A model generated the notes under the pieces. That model saw only the letters and a list, made by a program, of their open reading frames with translations. It was not told the origin of the DNA and made no database searches. A DNA stretch of 62,993 nucleotides, the filler included, from Squatina squatina (taxonomy: Eukaryota): assembly GCA_031763465.1 (NCBI GenBank). It is 15 parts of one record of this genome, joined end to end, with 100 filler letters (N's around TTAATTAATTAA, not from the genome) between each part and the next. Parts side by side here need not be neighbours in the genome. Positions count along the whole stretch, not along the records: positions 34,163 to 38,673 come from JARFOE010000007.1; positions 38,774 to 40,026 come from JARFOE010000007.1; positions 40,127 to 43,077 come from JARFOE010000007.1; positions 43,178 to 47,760 come from JARFOE010000007.1; positions 47,861 to 51,774 come from JARFOE010000007.1; 10 more parts are not named here. One strand, 5' to 3'. Both the position numbers and the translations under genes were made by a program. Every line of letters begins with the position of its first letter. The stretch's first letter is position 1. This document shows positions 36,601 to 49,020 of the stretch, piece by piece.

Positions 36601-38404
36601 TGCTGCTTTGAACAAACTGCTAGTCTGAACTAAGTTTGGTCCCAAACAATTCGGGTTATCAGCACTTTGAAACAATCAAAAAAAGTTAGGAAGGGACCGA
36701 ACCAAAAGGCATCATGCCAACACCCATAACAAACAAGAGCTCTGCATTTCGGCTGTAGATTTTCAACCATGGTTGACCACTCTCAGAAGCTTTGGATGGC
36801 GGTCAACATTTTGCTTGACACTCCAACAGCAGAACAACAGTCCACAGTCATGGCTGGTTCAAAGTCATAGGTCCCGGACAGGTCAACAAGCAGTAAAATA
36901 GTTTTAGGAGCTCTTTACACTTCTGCTGCAACATGCAAATAAAATTGCAAATGAAGGCTCCATAATTTATCCAGAGTGCATTTTTCTATTGGTAAGCAAA
37001 TCTAAACAGTGATTTTTTTTTTTAAAATAGAAAAATCACATCTGCTCCTGTTTGTTCTGCAATAATACCAGAGAAGCCATCCAAAAAATGAACCAAGCAA
37101 AATTACACTGTCAACACTTTCTGAAAAGATTTACTGTTGAGTTGAAGTAGAGTAAAAAGCTCTGTATTACATGTAAATATTTTGAGTCACTACAGGTGGC
37201 ACATATGTATTACTAGCATGAGCAGCTGCACAGAATTGAAAGACTGCTTCTGTCAGCTAATTCAATGTCCTGAAGTGGGGCATACAGTTCTAAGCGCAAT
37301 GAAAAGTTGACAGTATATGCAGCTGAAGCTTTTTTTTTCAAAATTGAGATTTTTTTTTTTAAGATTTACAGAAGAGTTACTCTAAAATGCACTTGCATTG
37401 TGTTAGTCCCTCTTATTAGGCAGCTTATTTTCCAACCAATTCCTCTGGTCCTAACTGTACAAACATCATAACATTTACACACATTCCACTTGGTTTTGCA
37501 ATCCAATTGTTCAGGACTTGTATTTAGTCTTTCCAAAACTAAGTTGTTCTGCACTATACAGAATTATCTTCAACCTATACCACTAGTATCTGCTTATAGC
37601 AATCTCCCTTCTGTCACGATGTACCTTTTCAGTGCATTCCACCATTGGCTAATGTCTGTGTTCACATGCTCTTGTCTACTCTTTATTTACTCCACTTCCA
37701 GTGGCTTGCTTACCCACAGTGGTGCATCAGCGAGCATTTAGCTTTTCCAGTTTACCAGTGCAATGCTAATAAACATATATATGCAAGTTTTTGTCCATTG
37801 TCCATCTTTCCAACAGGATTCCAGAATCACAAATCATTCTACAGTTTTATGTGTACCTTCACTAACGTTTGTAATTAATATGATCCTACACCTGGGAAAA
37901 AAAATCTCTTAAAATATACCACTCAAAGTGACTTGCAACAAAAGGGATTAATAGATCATGCTTTGCTGGTCAGAATTAGAACCTCAAATAACATTGCATT
38001 TATTTTCTTACATAAACCTGGGAAGAATTGCATTNNNNNNNNNNGTGAAACTACACTTGTAATTCAAAGCCAAAGCAGGGACCATCTGCTAACTGCAACA
38101 AAAATGTACAAGACATCACGCAAGAACCGTCAAAATCTAGCTACCACCAGCAAGTTCGATAGGATGCTGAACTGCTTTATTTCTCTGGCTGCAAAATTTA
38201 TTTTAATATTGCAGAAATACTGAACACCGAAGATCTTAATAAGTTCAAGACTGTTCTGAAAATATGCACTTGCAGATCTCCTGAGACACTGCTCATGGCA
38301 GTTTTGTTTATAAGGATGGGAATGTTACACCAGATAAGCTTATTCTGCTGCAAAATTGCAGCTGAGTGCAATTTAGGTATATCCCTTTACGCTACAACTT
38401 ATAA

Positions 38405-38890
38405 TTCTCTCTCTCGCTCTCTCTCAGGCAGTCTTCGGGTTTGAGGATGACTAGCTTCCACTCCGGGGTTGTGGGTTCTGAGGTGGTTAAATAGTCCAAT
38501 GCGGGAACCACAGGCACGGCCGCAGGTGGGGCAGGTGATACTTGGAGACGAGTGGCAGGGATGAGCGTATTGCGGCGCGCTCCTTCCTCTGCCGACGTTT
38601 GTCCTCAGCATGCTTCCGCTGGAGAGACTCAAAACGGTTGGTGCCTTCACGGATGGCTCTTCTCCATTACGGGNNNNNNNNNNNNNNNNNNNNNNNNNNN
38701 NNNNNNNNNNNNNNNNNTTAATTAATTAANNNNNNNNNNNNNNNNNNNNNNNNNNNNNNNNNNNNNNNNNNNNGTGCGTTTGTCCTGCCAGTTTATTTGC
38801 AGGATTTTGCGAAGGCAGCGTTGGTGGTATTTCTCTAGAGCTTTGAGGTGCCTGCTATACAGTGCCCATGTCTCTGACGCATACAAGATT
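38405..38890 (-). mobile_element. RTE-clade LINE 3' region, spanning a linker gap
   Basis: CPTCGRACGSRIGLFNHLRTH C-terminal finger followed by a GA-rich tail; the upstream piece reads YASETWALYSRHLKALEKYHQRCLRKILQINWQD. Confidence 0.8.
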
Positions 38891-41800
38891 GCTGTGCCTT
38901 GCTTAAGTCAATTAGAAATCAAACTGCTAATATCTAAAAAGTGTAACAGACACACAGGCTTGCACTGGTCACAATTTTCCCTCCTGCAAATGCTTATTTT
39001 CTCGTGAGAAAACCTTCCAAATCTTGCTGAACCACTTACTGATTGCAGGGGCGAGCGGGAAAATATTGTGCTTGCAAACATCCGATGTGTGTGTACTCAA
39101 TTTTTTTTGCAACATAGTATGACTACTTATGGAACCTGTCCACTAGTTATAAAACTGGTGACCCCAAATTACAGCACTAAAATGAAAATATCTTAAAGAC
39201 ACAATTAATCTTTGTATCTCATACAACCACAACTGAATCATAGAATCTTACAGCACAGAAGGAGGCCGTTCAGCCCAATGAGCCTGTGCAGGCTCTTTTA
39301 AAAAGCATTCCAATTAGTTCCACTTCCCTGCTCTTTCCCCATAGCCCTGCAATTATTTCCTTTTCAAGTATATATCCAATTTCCTTATTGAAGCGATTAT
39401 GCCAATTTATTCTTTTTTTCCCTCAATAAATAAGTTACTACAGATTATTTGGATGCCTGTAGGCAGGTTGCTAATGGTTCCTTACCTACCGCAGTGTAAA
39501 TTATCCCCAAAATTTTGAGGGGGGAAAGATCCTTAATTTTTTTTTTCACAATCCCCAATGTGGCAAATATCCACAAGTCAGAGCTTTTCCATGTAATCTG
39601 TAATGTTTGGGCATGCTAGATGTGCTGTAGACAGAAATTGTTTTCTGGAGAAATAGAAGTACCAGTTATTATCATTCCCCAGAGAAATAGTTCTTAGAAA
39701 ATTTTCTCTTTCATATTTTTACCTTAGAAGCTAGCGCTCAGCATCCAAGGTATCATTACAGATTCTGTTACGATGGCATTTCCAATTTTAATTTTGCTTG
39801 CTTTCCCACTTGAGAAATTATTTTAGAAAAGTATCAATTTCAAATGCTGTACATTCTAACCTAATTTCTAATGTCAAGATAAATTTCAATATTATATAAT
39901 TCATCAATTATTGACATTCACTAGTTCCAAAAACTTCCTTAAAGATGTTTATTTGCCCCAGTCTCTACTCCCTTAGCAACTAATTTCTTGTGACCCCAGT
40001 TATATTTATTCTAATCATCATGTATCNNNNNNNNNNNNNNNNNNNNNNNNNNNNNNNNNNNNNNNNNNNNTTAATTAATTAANNNNNNNNNNNNNNNNNN
40101 NNNNNNNNNNNNNNNNNNNNNNNNNNAAACCATATATTCTTCCTGTCATTCATAAGTAACTCCTTAGTCAATTCTACAGAACAGCACTTTTCCAAGTCAC
40201 AAGTTTAAAATTTAAACCTGGAATTTCCTCACAATAAAACAGCAATGATTTAATTCCACACTTTTTCTGGTTTATTATTATTTTTTTTTTTAAAAAGAAA
40301 GTTCACAGTGCAACTGTTGCCAGAATGTTATTTTTATCATCAATTCAGATGATTACATTGAAATAAACAGATCCCTCTGGCTTCCCGCATGTATTAATTT
40401 ATTTCAGAAAATCCACACAGCATTTTACTGAACAGACCTTTCACACAATGTAACATGTTGACCATCCTTGATGTCACAGAGACACAACACTATGAGGTAG
40501 AAGCTATTGATGGTTAAATCTTAGGGAACACCAATGGACTCTGGATTCTAGCCAGGATCAACAGTACTTGTGTCGTGCTAAATTACGAATGTAGATACAG
40601 TACGTGCAAATTTCTGTGAAAAGACAGCAGTGAGTAATTAATCCCAGGTTGACATGTGCTTTGTGATCTATATTGTATTCCCGGAATAAAGTATCAATCT
40701 GTTTCTGTATAATACAGCTGCGAGAAACAATTTGATAAAAGCACAGGATGCGGATAGGATCTGCTGCTGTTGAATTGGTTGAATGCTAGTGACATAGGCT
40801 AGACCCTCTGCTGTGCCTGGTCAAACTGAACCCCTGGGATCAAGACAAATCAAATTTCTTCAACCCCGAAATAGGCATCACTTCCAGTATATGCACAGAC
40901 ATGACAACAAACCTAGTGTACTGACATACCCCTCCTACAACAGCTCCAAAGAAAACACTCGAGCATCTAATTATCCCTCAATCAACATCACTAAAAACAG
41001 GTTATCTGGTCATTATCATATGGCAGTTTGTGGGAGCTTGCTGTGCATAAATTGGCTGCCGTGTTTCCTACATTACAACAGTGACTACACTTCAAAAAGT
41101 GCTTCATTGGCTGTAAAGTGCTTTGAGACATCCGGTGGTCGTGAAAGGCGCTACACAAATGCAAGTCTTTCTTTCCTTCTTGGACACGGTTATGAGCAAC
41201 CCAGGGGAAAAAATCATAGGAATGTTTTTTTTAAATAAATCAGAAGTGCCTTATACAGCAGTTGCAGAAACTCCATTCAAATACTAGATTAAGAAGAAAT
41301 AAAAATGTAGTTCTGAATCTGCAGATAACATACTCTCTCAATGCATTCAAGCATAGACAGACAACACCAGTTTTTATTGAGCATTTTAGAAAATGAAACC
41401 TGACCAAAACTAACATTCAAAAATACTGGCAGATCTGAAACCTCATTGTTTTCATCAGTACATTGAGTTTTTAAACCTACTTCCCTCAAATGTACCCCGC
41501 CCCCAGTCCAATATATTAGAATGAACACTTGATTCAGACTAAAAGAGGAAGGGCTAAGAGATGAGTAAACAGAACTAATCGTCAGCAATGCAGGTGTCTT
41601 AAATTGATCTCCCGGGGGGGGGAGGTTATGTGCAGTATCAGACATGTTTAACCGTAATCTTGCCCACTGGAACATGCAAAGAAACCAAAAAGAAATTGCA
41701 CACATTTATATTTTACAAGTTTAGCAAATCGGAGTTACAGCCCTGAATATGGTCAAAATAACATTCTGGGATTGTTCTGAATAATATGCACAAAGTATTT

Positions 41801-42543
41801 CTTGGAAATCAAGTACAACATAGATGCGATTGTGGTTTCCCTCTCGTATGTTCTCCATTGATTTAATTTTCCATATGGAGCTTAACTGCTTTATCGGGGA
41901 GTATATTCCAAAATTGAACAGTGGTGAGAAATTCCAACTAATTTCATGCCTTGTGTGAGACTTGTTCATTTTGTACATGATTAGTTTTGCTCTGATAATC
42001 CTAACTAAATCCTCTAAAAATTCATTGAACGAAAAAACTGTATCAAGTTTCCTCCCAATTTTCTCTTCATTTAAACAAGTTTAGTTCCACGATTTACTCT
42101 TCAAAACTTGGAGCCCATAGACAAGTCATTCTTGTTCTTCTCTGCACCTGCTTTATGACATAAATGTCCTTTCCAAGAAAAAAGTGTCCAGTAGTTTAAT
42201 GTTATTCAAAATGTAACCTCATCAGTGGTCTATACAAGAAAATAATTTGTTTTAACTTATAATCAAATGACCGTAAGATGCATTCTGGTACATGGTTGGT
42301 ATGGCTTCATATTAAACAGTTACTTTCTAGTAATACAAAAGCAAATTCTGACGAATGGTTATCGACTTGAAATGTTAACTCTGTTTCTCTCTCTACAAAT
42401 GCTGCCTGACCTACTAAGTATTTCCAGAATTTTCTGTTTTCATNNNNNNNNNNNNNNNNNNNNNNNNNNNNNNNNNNNNNNNNNNNNNNNNNNNNNNNNN
42501 NNNNNNNNNNNNNNNNNNNNNNNNNNNNNNNNNNNNNNNNNNN

Positions 42544-42673
<130 letters not shown>

Positions 42674-43177
42674 TTACAGCCTGCCAATGGCAGTGTGAAT
42701 TCCTTTAGAAGAAAATAATAGCTTTAAAATTGTATTCCCCAGTCTGTTTTTGCTAAAATTATTGGAAAAATATATTAACCAAAACAAACTCATAAATGTT
42801 CCAAAATAAAAATAACACAAGAAATGTATTCGCAAATGATCATTCATCCCAACTAGTTCTCTCCTCATTGACAGATCTCAACTTTCCCTTATCATATCCA
42901 CTTATCTTTCTCCAAAAATACAACTGGTTGTCATTTAAACTCACCTATAATATTTGAATGCTGGCCATATCTGTAGTATTTGATACATCCATTAAGTTTT
43001 GAGAGAAATTTTCTCTCTGTATTAACCTATTTATCTCTAATTTCCCAATATACTAGTTAAACTCAGCTTCTGAAACANNNNNNNNNNNNNNNNNNNNNNN
43101 NNNNNNNNNNNNNNNNNNNNNTTAATTAATTAANNNNNNNNNNNNNNNNNNNNNNNNNNNNNNNNNNNNNNNNNNNN

Positions 43178-43540
43178 TTATTACATGGCTCGACAGGGAA
43201 GATGCAGAGAGGATGTTTCCCCTGGCTGGGGAGCCTAGAACGAGGGGTCACAGTCTCAGAATAAGGGTTGGCCATTTAGGACTGAGATGAGGTGAAATTT
43301 CTTCACTCAGAGGGTAGTGAATCTTTGGAATTCTCTAACCCAGAGGTCTGTGAAGGCTCAGTTCTTGAGTACATTCAAAACAGAGATTGATAGATTTCTA
43401 GATATTAAAGGCCTCAAGGGATATAGGGATAGTGCAGGAAAATGGAGTTGAGGTAGGAGATCAGGCATGATCTTGTTGAATGGCAGAGCAGGCTCGAGGG
43501 GCCGAATGGCCTACTCCTGCTCCTATTTCTTATGTTCTTA
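43178..43540 (+). mobile_element. CR1 LINE 3' end
   Basis: RTRGHSLRIRGWPFRTEMR.NFFTQRVVNLWNSL, then the tail ggctcgaggggccgaatggcctactcctgctcctatttcttatgttctt. Confidence 0.9.
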
Positions 43541-43697
43541 ATCTCAATAGTTATTATACACTGAATAATGGACAACCTGTATACAAAACAAAGTAGAGCA
43601 ATATAGTAAAATGATGGTAAAGCAAGTCCCAGAAGTTACGCAGGTTTGAAAGCATGCTGAAACCCATTCCTTGTATTTCCACACCCCATTTTCTTAC

Positions 43698-43751
43698 CTG
43701 CCTATTACGCTCATCCATAATCCTTGTAATCTGAATCTTTTTCCGCCCCAT
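43698..43751 (-). CDS. MEF2A: Myocyte enhancer factor 2A, first coding exon (MADS-box start); the exon including 5'UTR spans 43698-43886
   Basis: MGRKKIQITRIMDERNRQ followed by donor CAG|GTAAGA; upstream acceptor tctttctactctctctag gives an exon boundary at 43886. Confidence 0.96.
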
Positions 43752-44059
43752 CTTCAACTTCCTCTCTCCAATATATCAGCGTGCAATCCTAGCTTTGTCA
43801 GTATTTAATGTTCTAGTGCATGGTACAGACTTCTCTTCTTAGCTTTCTTCTTGTAGACCTGATCAGCTTATCTCCTCTTTCAAAGCCTAGAGAGAGTAGA
43901 AAGAGACAATTATGATGCATAAATTTTTTTTTTATAAATACAAACCCATTTTATTAAGAAAACTCAGTTGCAGATATACAGCTTTTTTTTTTAATTTTAG
44001 AAACAGATCAAACCAAATCTAAAATCAAGAACCCCAAAAGCAGAACAACTATGTGTATT

Positions 44060-44450
44060 CTAATAAGGATGTTGAGGCAATAGAGACGGTACAGCACAGA
44101 TTCGCTACGATGCTGCCTGATATGAGGAAATGCAAATATGGACAGACTTTTTAAAAAAAATTGGGACTGATTTCATTACAATAGAGAAGATTAAGGGGTG
44201 ATTTTATAGAGGTGTTTAAAATTATGACGGGATGGAATAGAGTAGATGGAAAAAAGACTCTTTCCTGCGATTAAGGAGTCTAGGACAAGGACATAGAAAT
44301 ATGATTAAATGTAGGATATAGGACAGAGAGCAGGAGGAGCTTTTTTCTTTATACACAAAAAAGCAAGTAACTGAAGCAGAGACGGTGTCAACATTTAACA
44401 ATAGTAATGTTAGATAGTTGGTTGAAGGGAATGAGGGAACAGGCTGCTTG
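44060..44450 (+). mobile_element. Older CR1 LINE 3' fragment
   Basis: KDVEAIETVQHRFATMLP and RRLRGDFIEVFKIMTG motifs. Confidence 0.75.
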
Positions 44451-47400
44451 TTGCTTTTTGAAAAAAAGAGTACTATTTATTCTGTTGGAATATAGCAGGA
44501 TATTTTTCTATGCAAGAGTTTTCTGCAAATGTTAACAACATTCCATCAGTGAGCAGATAAAGGCTGTGTGGAGCACTGGAACTGTGGATGGCGACAGGTA
44601 GAAACAAGCTTTCTTCAAGATTCCCAACTATTTTACCAGTATTCCGATCACCTGTTTGCCCGAGTACATATGACGTGAGATTATCAAGCCAAACAGTTGA
44701 ACGTTCGTGATTGAACAAAGTTTTTCATTCTTGTCAACTAGAGGCGAGTGAGCTATAGAGAGTTTAATCTTTCTCGTTAAGAAGTTATTCATTTAATCTT
44801 CACAGCACTGTCGTGGTTGTCCTAGCCACGATCCAGTTTCTAATCTATAAATGCCTGCATCAGCCTGGTTGCCACTGATTTTTCAAATGAGGAAGTTACA
44901 CACGCTAAAGATTAGCATCCACAACACAGAAAACACAACCAATCCAGAACCAACTCACGAGTAACAGGCAGAGGGATGATACTTGCACAGGGCCAAGGAA
45001 CTAACAATGGCAGTGACACAGTTCAAATGACTGTGCAACCGCAGCAACTTAAAACACATCGAAAATTGCATCTACTACAACAAAGTGACAGACAGTGCTG
45101 ACAACGTGAAAGACAAGAAACATGCAGCTAATTGTAGAAACACATTACCCATTTATTTGTATTACGATGGCACATTTGTTACATATTTCCAATTTATAGG
45201 TCTGGATCTAAAATCCCTGTAGTGGCTCTCTTATACAAAATCATTTTGCACCTTTCTGGTTGGTTAACCATTTTATAGTTCATTATGTTAACTGATGATA
45301 TGTATAATATAATGTGTTGCACAGGGTTGTGGATAAAATATCAATAGGTCAGAATTGAATGTGATTTTCCTCTTTATTAACACTGAACCATATTCAATTT
45401 ACAAATACTGTCTAAAACCTAGCCAATTGATCACTGGTCTGTGTCAGATGAGCTGATCTTGGCTGAGGCAGCAGTGGGAGCACATTTGGCCTTAGCACCA
45501 TTGATCATGAGAAGGGAAAATTCAGCAAGGGATCCCGATGCTCATCACTATCAGATGGTCACTGCTGAACATGCTTGTATGTGGACACTGGATGGTAACA
45601 TGCCTGAGTTCAACTGTATCCCAGTTACATAGACTGTTAGCACTCACCATATTGGTTCATAGGTAAAGACACTTAGGTAAGGTTTCATCCAGTATGAGTC
45701 ACTACTGTCAAAATAGGAGGGAAAAAACTGGGGTAAAATTGGGGGTAAAACTCTTAAATTTAACAACATAATTCTGTCAATGCTACCCTCATGTACTGTG
45801 TTATCACTGTGATCTTTCCAACATTTTTTGACATCAGTAGCCTTGACTGTTAGAGAGGTGCTTTCCTAACATTAACTAAATGTTATCACCAGAACATTAT
45901 CAGAGCTGGCATTCCTGCTAATGTAGACTCTTAACGTCAACAAAGAATGCAAGTTCAGATTTACATTGTCTGAATAAGTAAACTGGCTGTAACGAATAGA
46001 TGTTGTTTGAAGGAACTGGCGCAGTACAGGAATAAAGTGCCATCAGTTTAGATTTGGTCCAACCAACTGTACAAATTAATGTCTCAAAAAAACAAATAAA
46101 TGTCTCAAAAAAACAAATAATTTAAATTGCTTTTTCAGAATCTACTTATTTTGATGCTTACTGTGAATTTTAACAAAATGATTGCAATAAAGTGAAGCTT
46201 TAACTTGATTTTAAGGCTCTTCCTCTCAATCTTGGAGAGTCTTGGAGCTAGAAGACAATGAATGATCACATGGGAGTGCTTGTGTGGAATAAAATTCAAT
46301 TACAGTAACATATTGTCTCCCTTGACACTTTTCATGGGGCAAGTACATAACAGCTACAACCATCTCAATACACCTGAGTCATTCTGTGGACTATAAAGTA
46401 AAATATAAAACACAAGTATGATTCACCTTCATTACTTATCTGCCAAGCTGAGTGATATTGGAATAAGGATTACAACAACTTAATTACATCACCCTTCCCT
46501 GGAGTATCCCTTCAATTATTGTAGATGTTAAGAAGTTACTCTTTTAACTGGAATGATTCCATTCATTTATTAAGGTAATTATTCAAATCTAGAGGTGGCT
46601 AATTTGCTCAAACAAATGTATCATTTCAACATAAATATATTTGATAAAGCAAGTCACTTTGAATAAAACAAAAAAAATGGCTAAAGTTCTAAGTCGCACA
46701 GAAGTAACTTAAAAAGGTTAACAGGGCTCCTGGGGATGTTGCTCACTATAAGCCAGAGGGTACAATGTTTTCTAGGATAGGAATATTATCATGCAACACA
46801 GAATGTATTGTTCTGCTGCTGAGGTGCAGCTGTGAGTAATGTTCACCTTTAAGGCCGCATGGTCTAATTAATATCTTGAGTCAGTTAGAGCCCAATTGCT
46901 CCTAGGTATTGCAAAAATAACCAAAAAATAATCAACACTTAAATATAATGGTAATAAACTGAAATGGCAATCGAGATTAGCGCATTATAGCTCATTTCTG
47001 ATATGCATCAATCCAAATAGGTTGATCTGGGATGGGCTACAGTGGGTTGAGTAATTTACCCTAAATTACTCTTCTCTCCCGGTGGGTATTTTCCTCACCT
47101 TCTGGCATAGCACTCTGATGTGAGAATTGCTACAGAAATGCAAATTGTTGTTAAAGGTAATAAAAGGCTGTTGTTAACTCAACTCGTCACATGCTTCTAA
47201 ACAGTGAACCCACCATCTTCCCATTTTGGCTTCTCGCTGATTCTTAACTGAGTGCCAGTATCCTGGCCTCAAAGTTGAGGCCAACTTTATCACTTCTTGG
47301 TACTTATGCTTGATCCCTCGAGCTTTATACCATAATTTCATGAGCTATCCGTAAATACCCCAGATCCATCCTTTGTGTTGTATCCTGTAGACCAATACCC

Positions 47401-47553
47401 ATTTAGATATATAACTCATCAAATAATTCAAAACAGATTTATAGGATAACCTAAAATATAAGCTAGGCAATATGTACATGTTCTCCATGTGATACTTTAA
47501 TATTTCAACACCAGTCATCCATGAAAAACAGTCTGTAACATCAAGTTTTCTAC

Positions 47554-47657
47554 CTTTCACTGATAAGTTCCTGCATCCTCTTCTGAAGGTCACTATTTAT
47601 TCTGTTCCTCTCCTCATTTTCTTCTTTCAGCTCCTTAACCTGAGTCTTATACAGAGT
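47554..47657 (-). other. Isolated ROCK (Rho-associated kinase) coiled-coil exon: orphan duplicate or misassembled fragment
   Basis: ttgttcacag|TLYKTQVKELKEENEERNRINSDLQKRMQELISE(R)|gtagaa; 104 nt, open frame, matching the ROCK1/ROCK2 TLYKTQV(K/R)ELKEE...QEL segment. No other ROCK exon found in the window. Confidence 0.85.
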
Positions 47658-48924
47658 CTGTGAACAAATCCAACGATCATTTTGCAACATTAAGTATATT
47701 GAACAAAGGAATAAATCAAGAGCAACATTTCCCACATATAAATCACCAATTGTGTGTGCGNNNNNNNNNNNNNNNNNNNNNNNNNNNNNNNNNNNNNNNN
47801 NNNNTTAATTAATTAANNNNNNNNNNNNNNNNNNNNNNNNNNNNNNNNNNNNNNNNNNNNTGATGTATTTCAGCTTGATTTTCAGGATTTTGTTGGTTAT
47901 ATATATATATATATGTAAAAAATTCAACAAAATATTTTAACCTTTGCGGTGATAATTTATTCATAGGCAGACACAACTTGGTATTTAAATTTCTTATCCA
48001 CAATGAAAAATTTTGTGGAGATGCAGCACCCATTGCAAAATCAATGTACTGCAGTTTTAATTGTTTCTGCTAGCTCAAGCTACAAATAACTATAGCTATT
48101 CAAGGAGATGGAATAGTAGTCGCTTAGAAATGACACGGTTCTCTACGGTAATGTATGTACACCATCATTCTGTGCTTTCTCCATCTCCTCCTCAGACAAT
48201 TTGAAGTTATCCTATATGAAATTCACTATTAGCACACCATCTGGTTTCATAAAGTCCAAAAACATTAGCGTTAAATCATCCCACTTCACTGCAGTCCCCA
48301 CAAACTCTTCCTTTTACATTTCAGTCTACCTTCAATAGCTTTCCAAGTACAAACCTGTATTGGAGCATCTACAGTTTTCTAGTATCTGGTTTCAGTAGCA
48401 AGAATTGGAGGTACTTTTTATTTTTAAATAAAAAGTCCTATGTAGTAATAGCTCCAATGTATTAGAAACCACCCAAACACAAAATGAAGATGAAAAGAAG
48501 TCAGCACCAGACTATATTATGGAACAGTAATATTGTAACAAATTTGAATATGATCGTAAAATAGTTTGTACCTTAACACCTTTCATGTGGTATAGCTAAA
48601 ACAGTACAATTTGCATATTATAACTGCATTTAAGGCCCACTATGGTGCTCATATGATGTTGCAGTGAGCTGGACATCAGACTGTTTGGAGGCGAAGATCA
48701 ATGCACAACTCACATCATCAGTAGTTGTTTGGTCAAAGACAATGCCACACTGAGTCTGCCTGCAGATTAATAGGACTTGGTCATGGTGGTTCTTTATTTA
48801 CATAGTGCTTTTACAAGTTTGTTANNNNNNNNNNNNNNNNNNNNNNNNNNNNNNNNNNNNNNNNNNNNNNNNNNNNNNNNNNNNNNNNNNNNNNNNNNNN
48901 NNNNNNNNNNNNNNNNNNNNNNNN

Positions 48925-49020
48925 CTTTGCTTCCTGTCTGCCAACCAGTTCTCTATCCACGTCAATACATTACCCCCATGTGCTTTAAGTTTGCGCACTA
49001 ATCTCGTGTGTGGGACCTGC
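48925..49020 (-). mobile_element. CR1 LINE RT fragment
   Basis: VPHTRLVRKLKAHGGNVLTWIENWLADRKQ. Confidence 0.8.
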
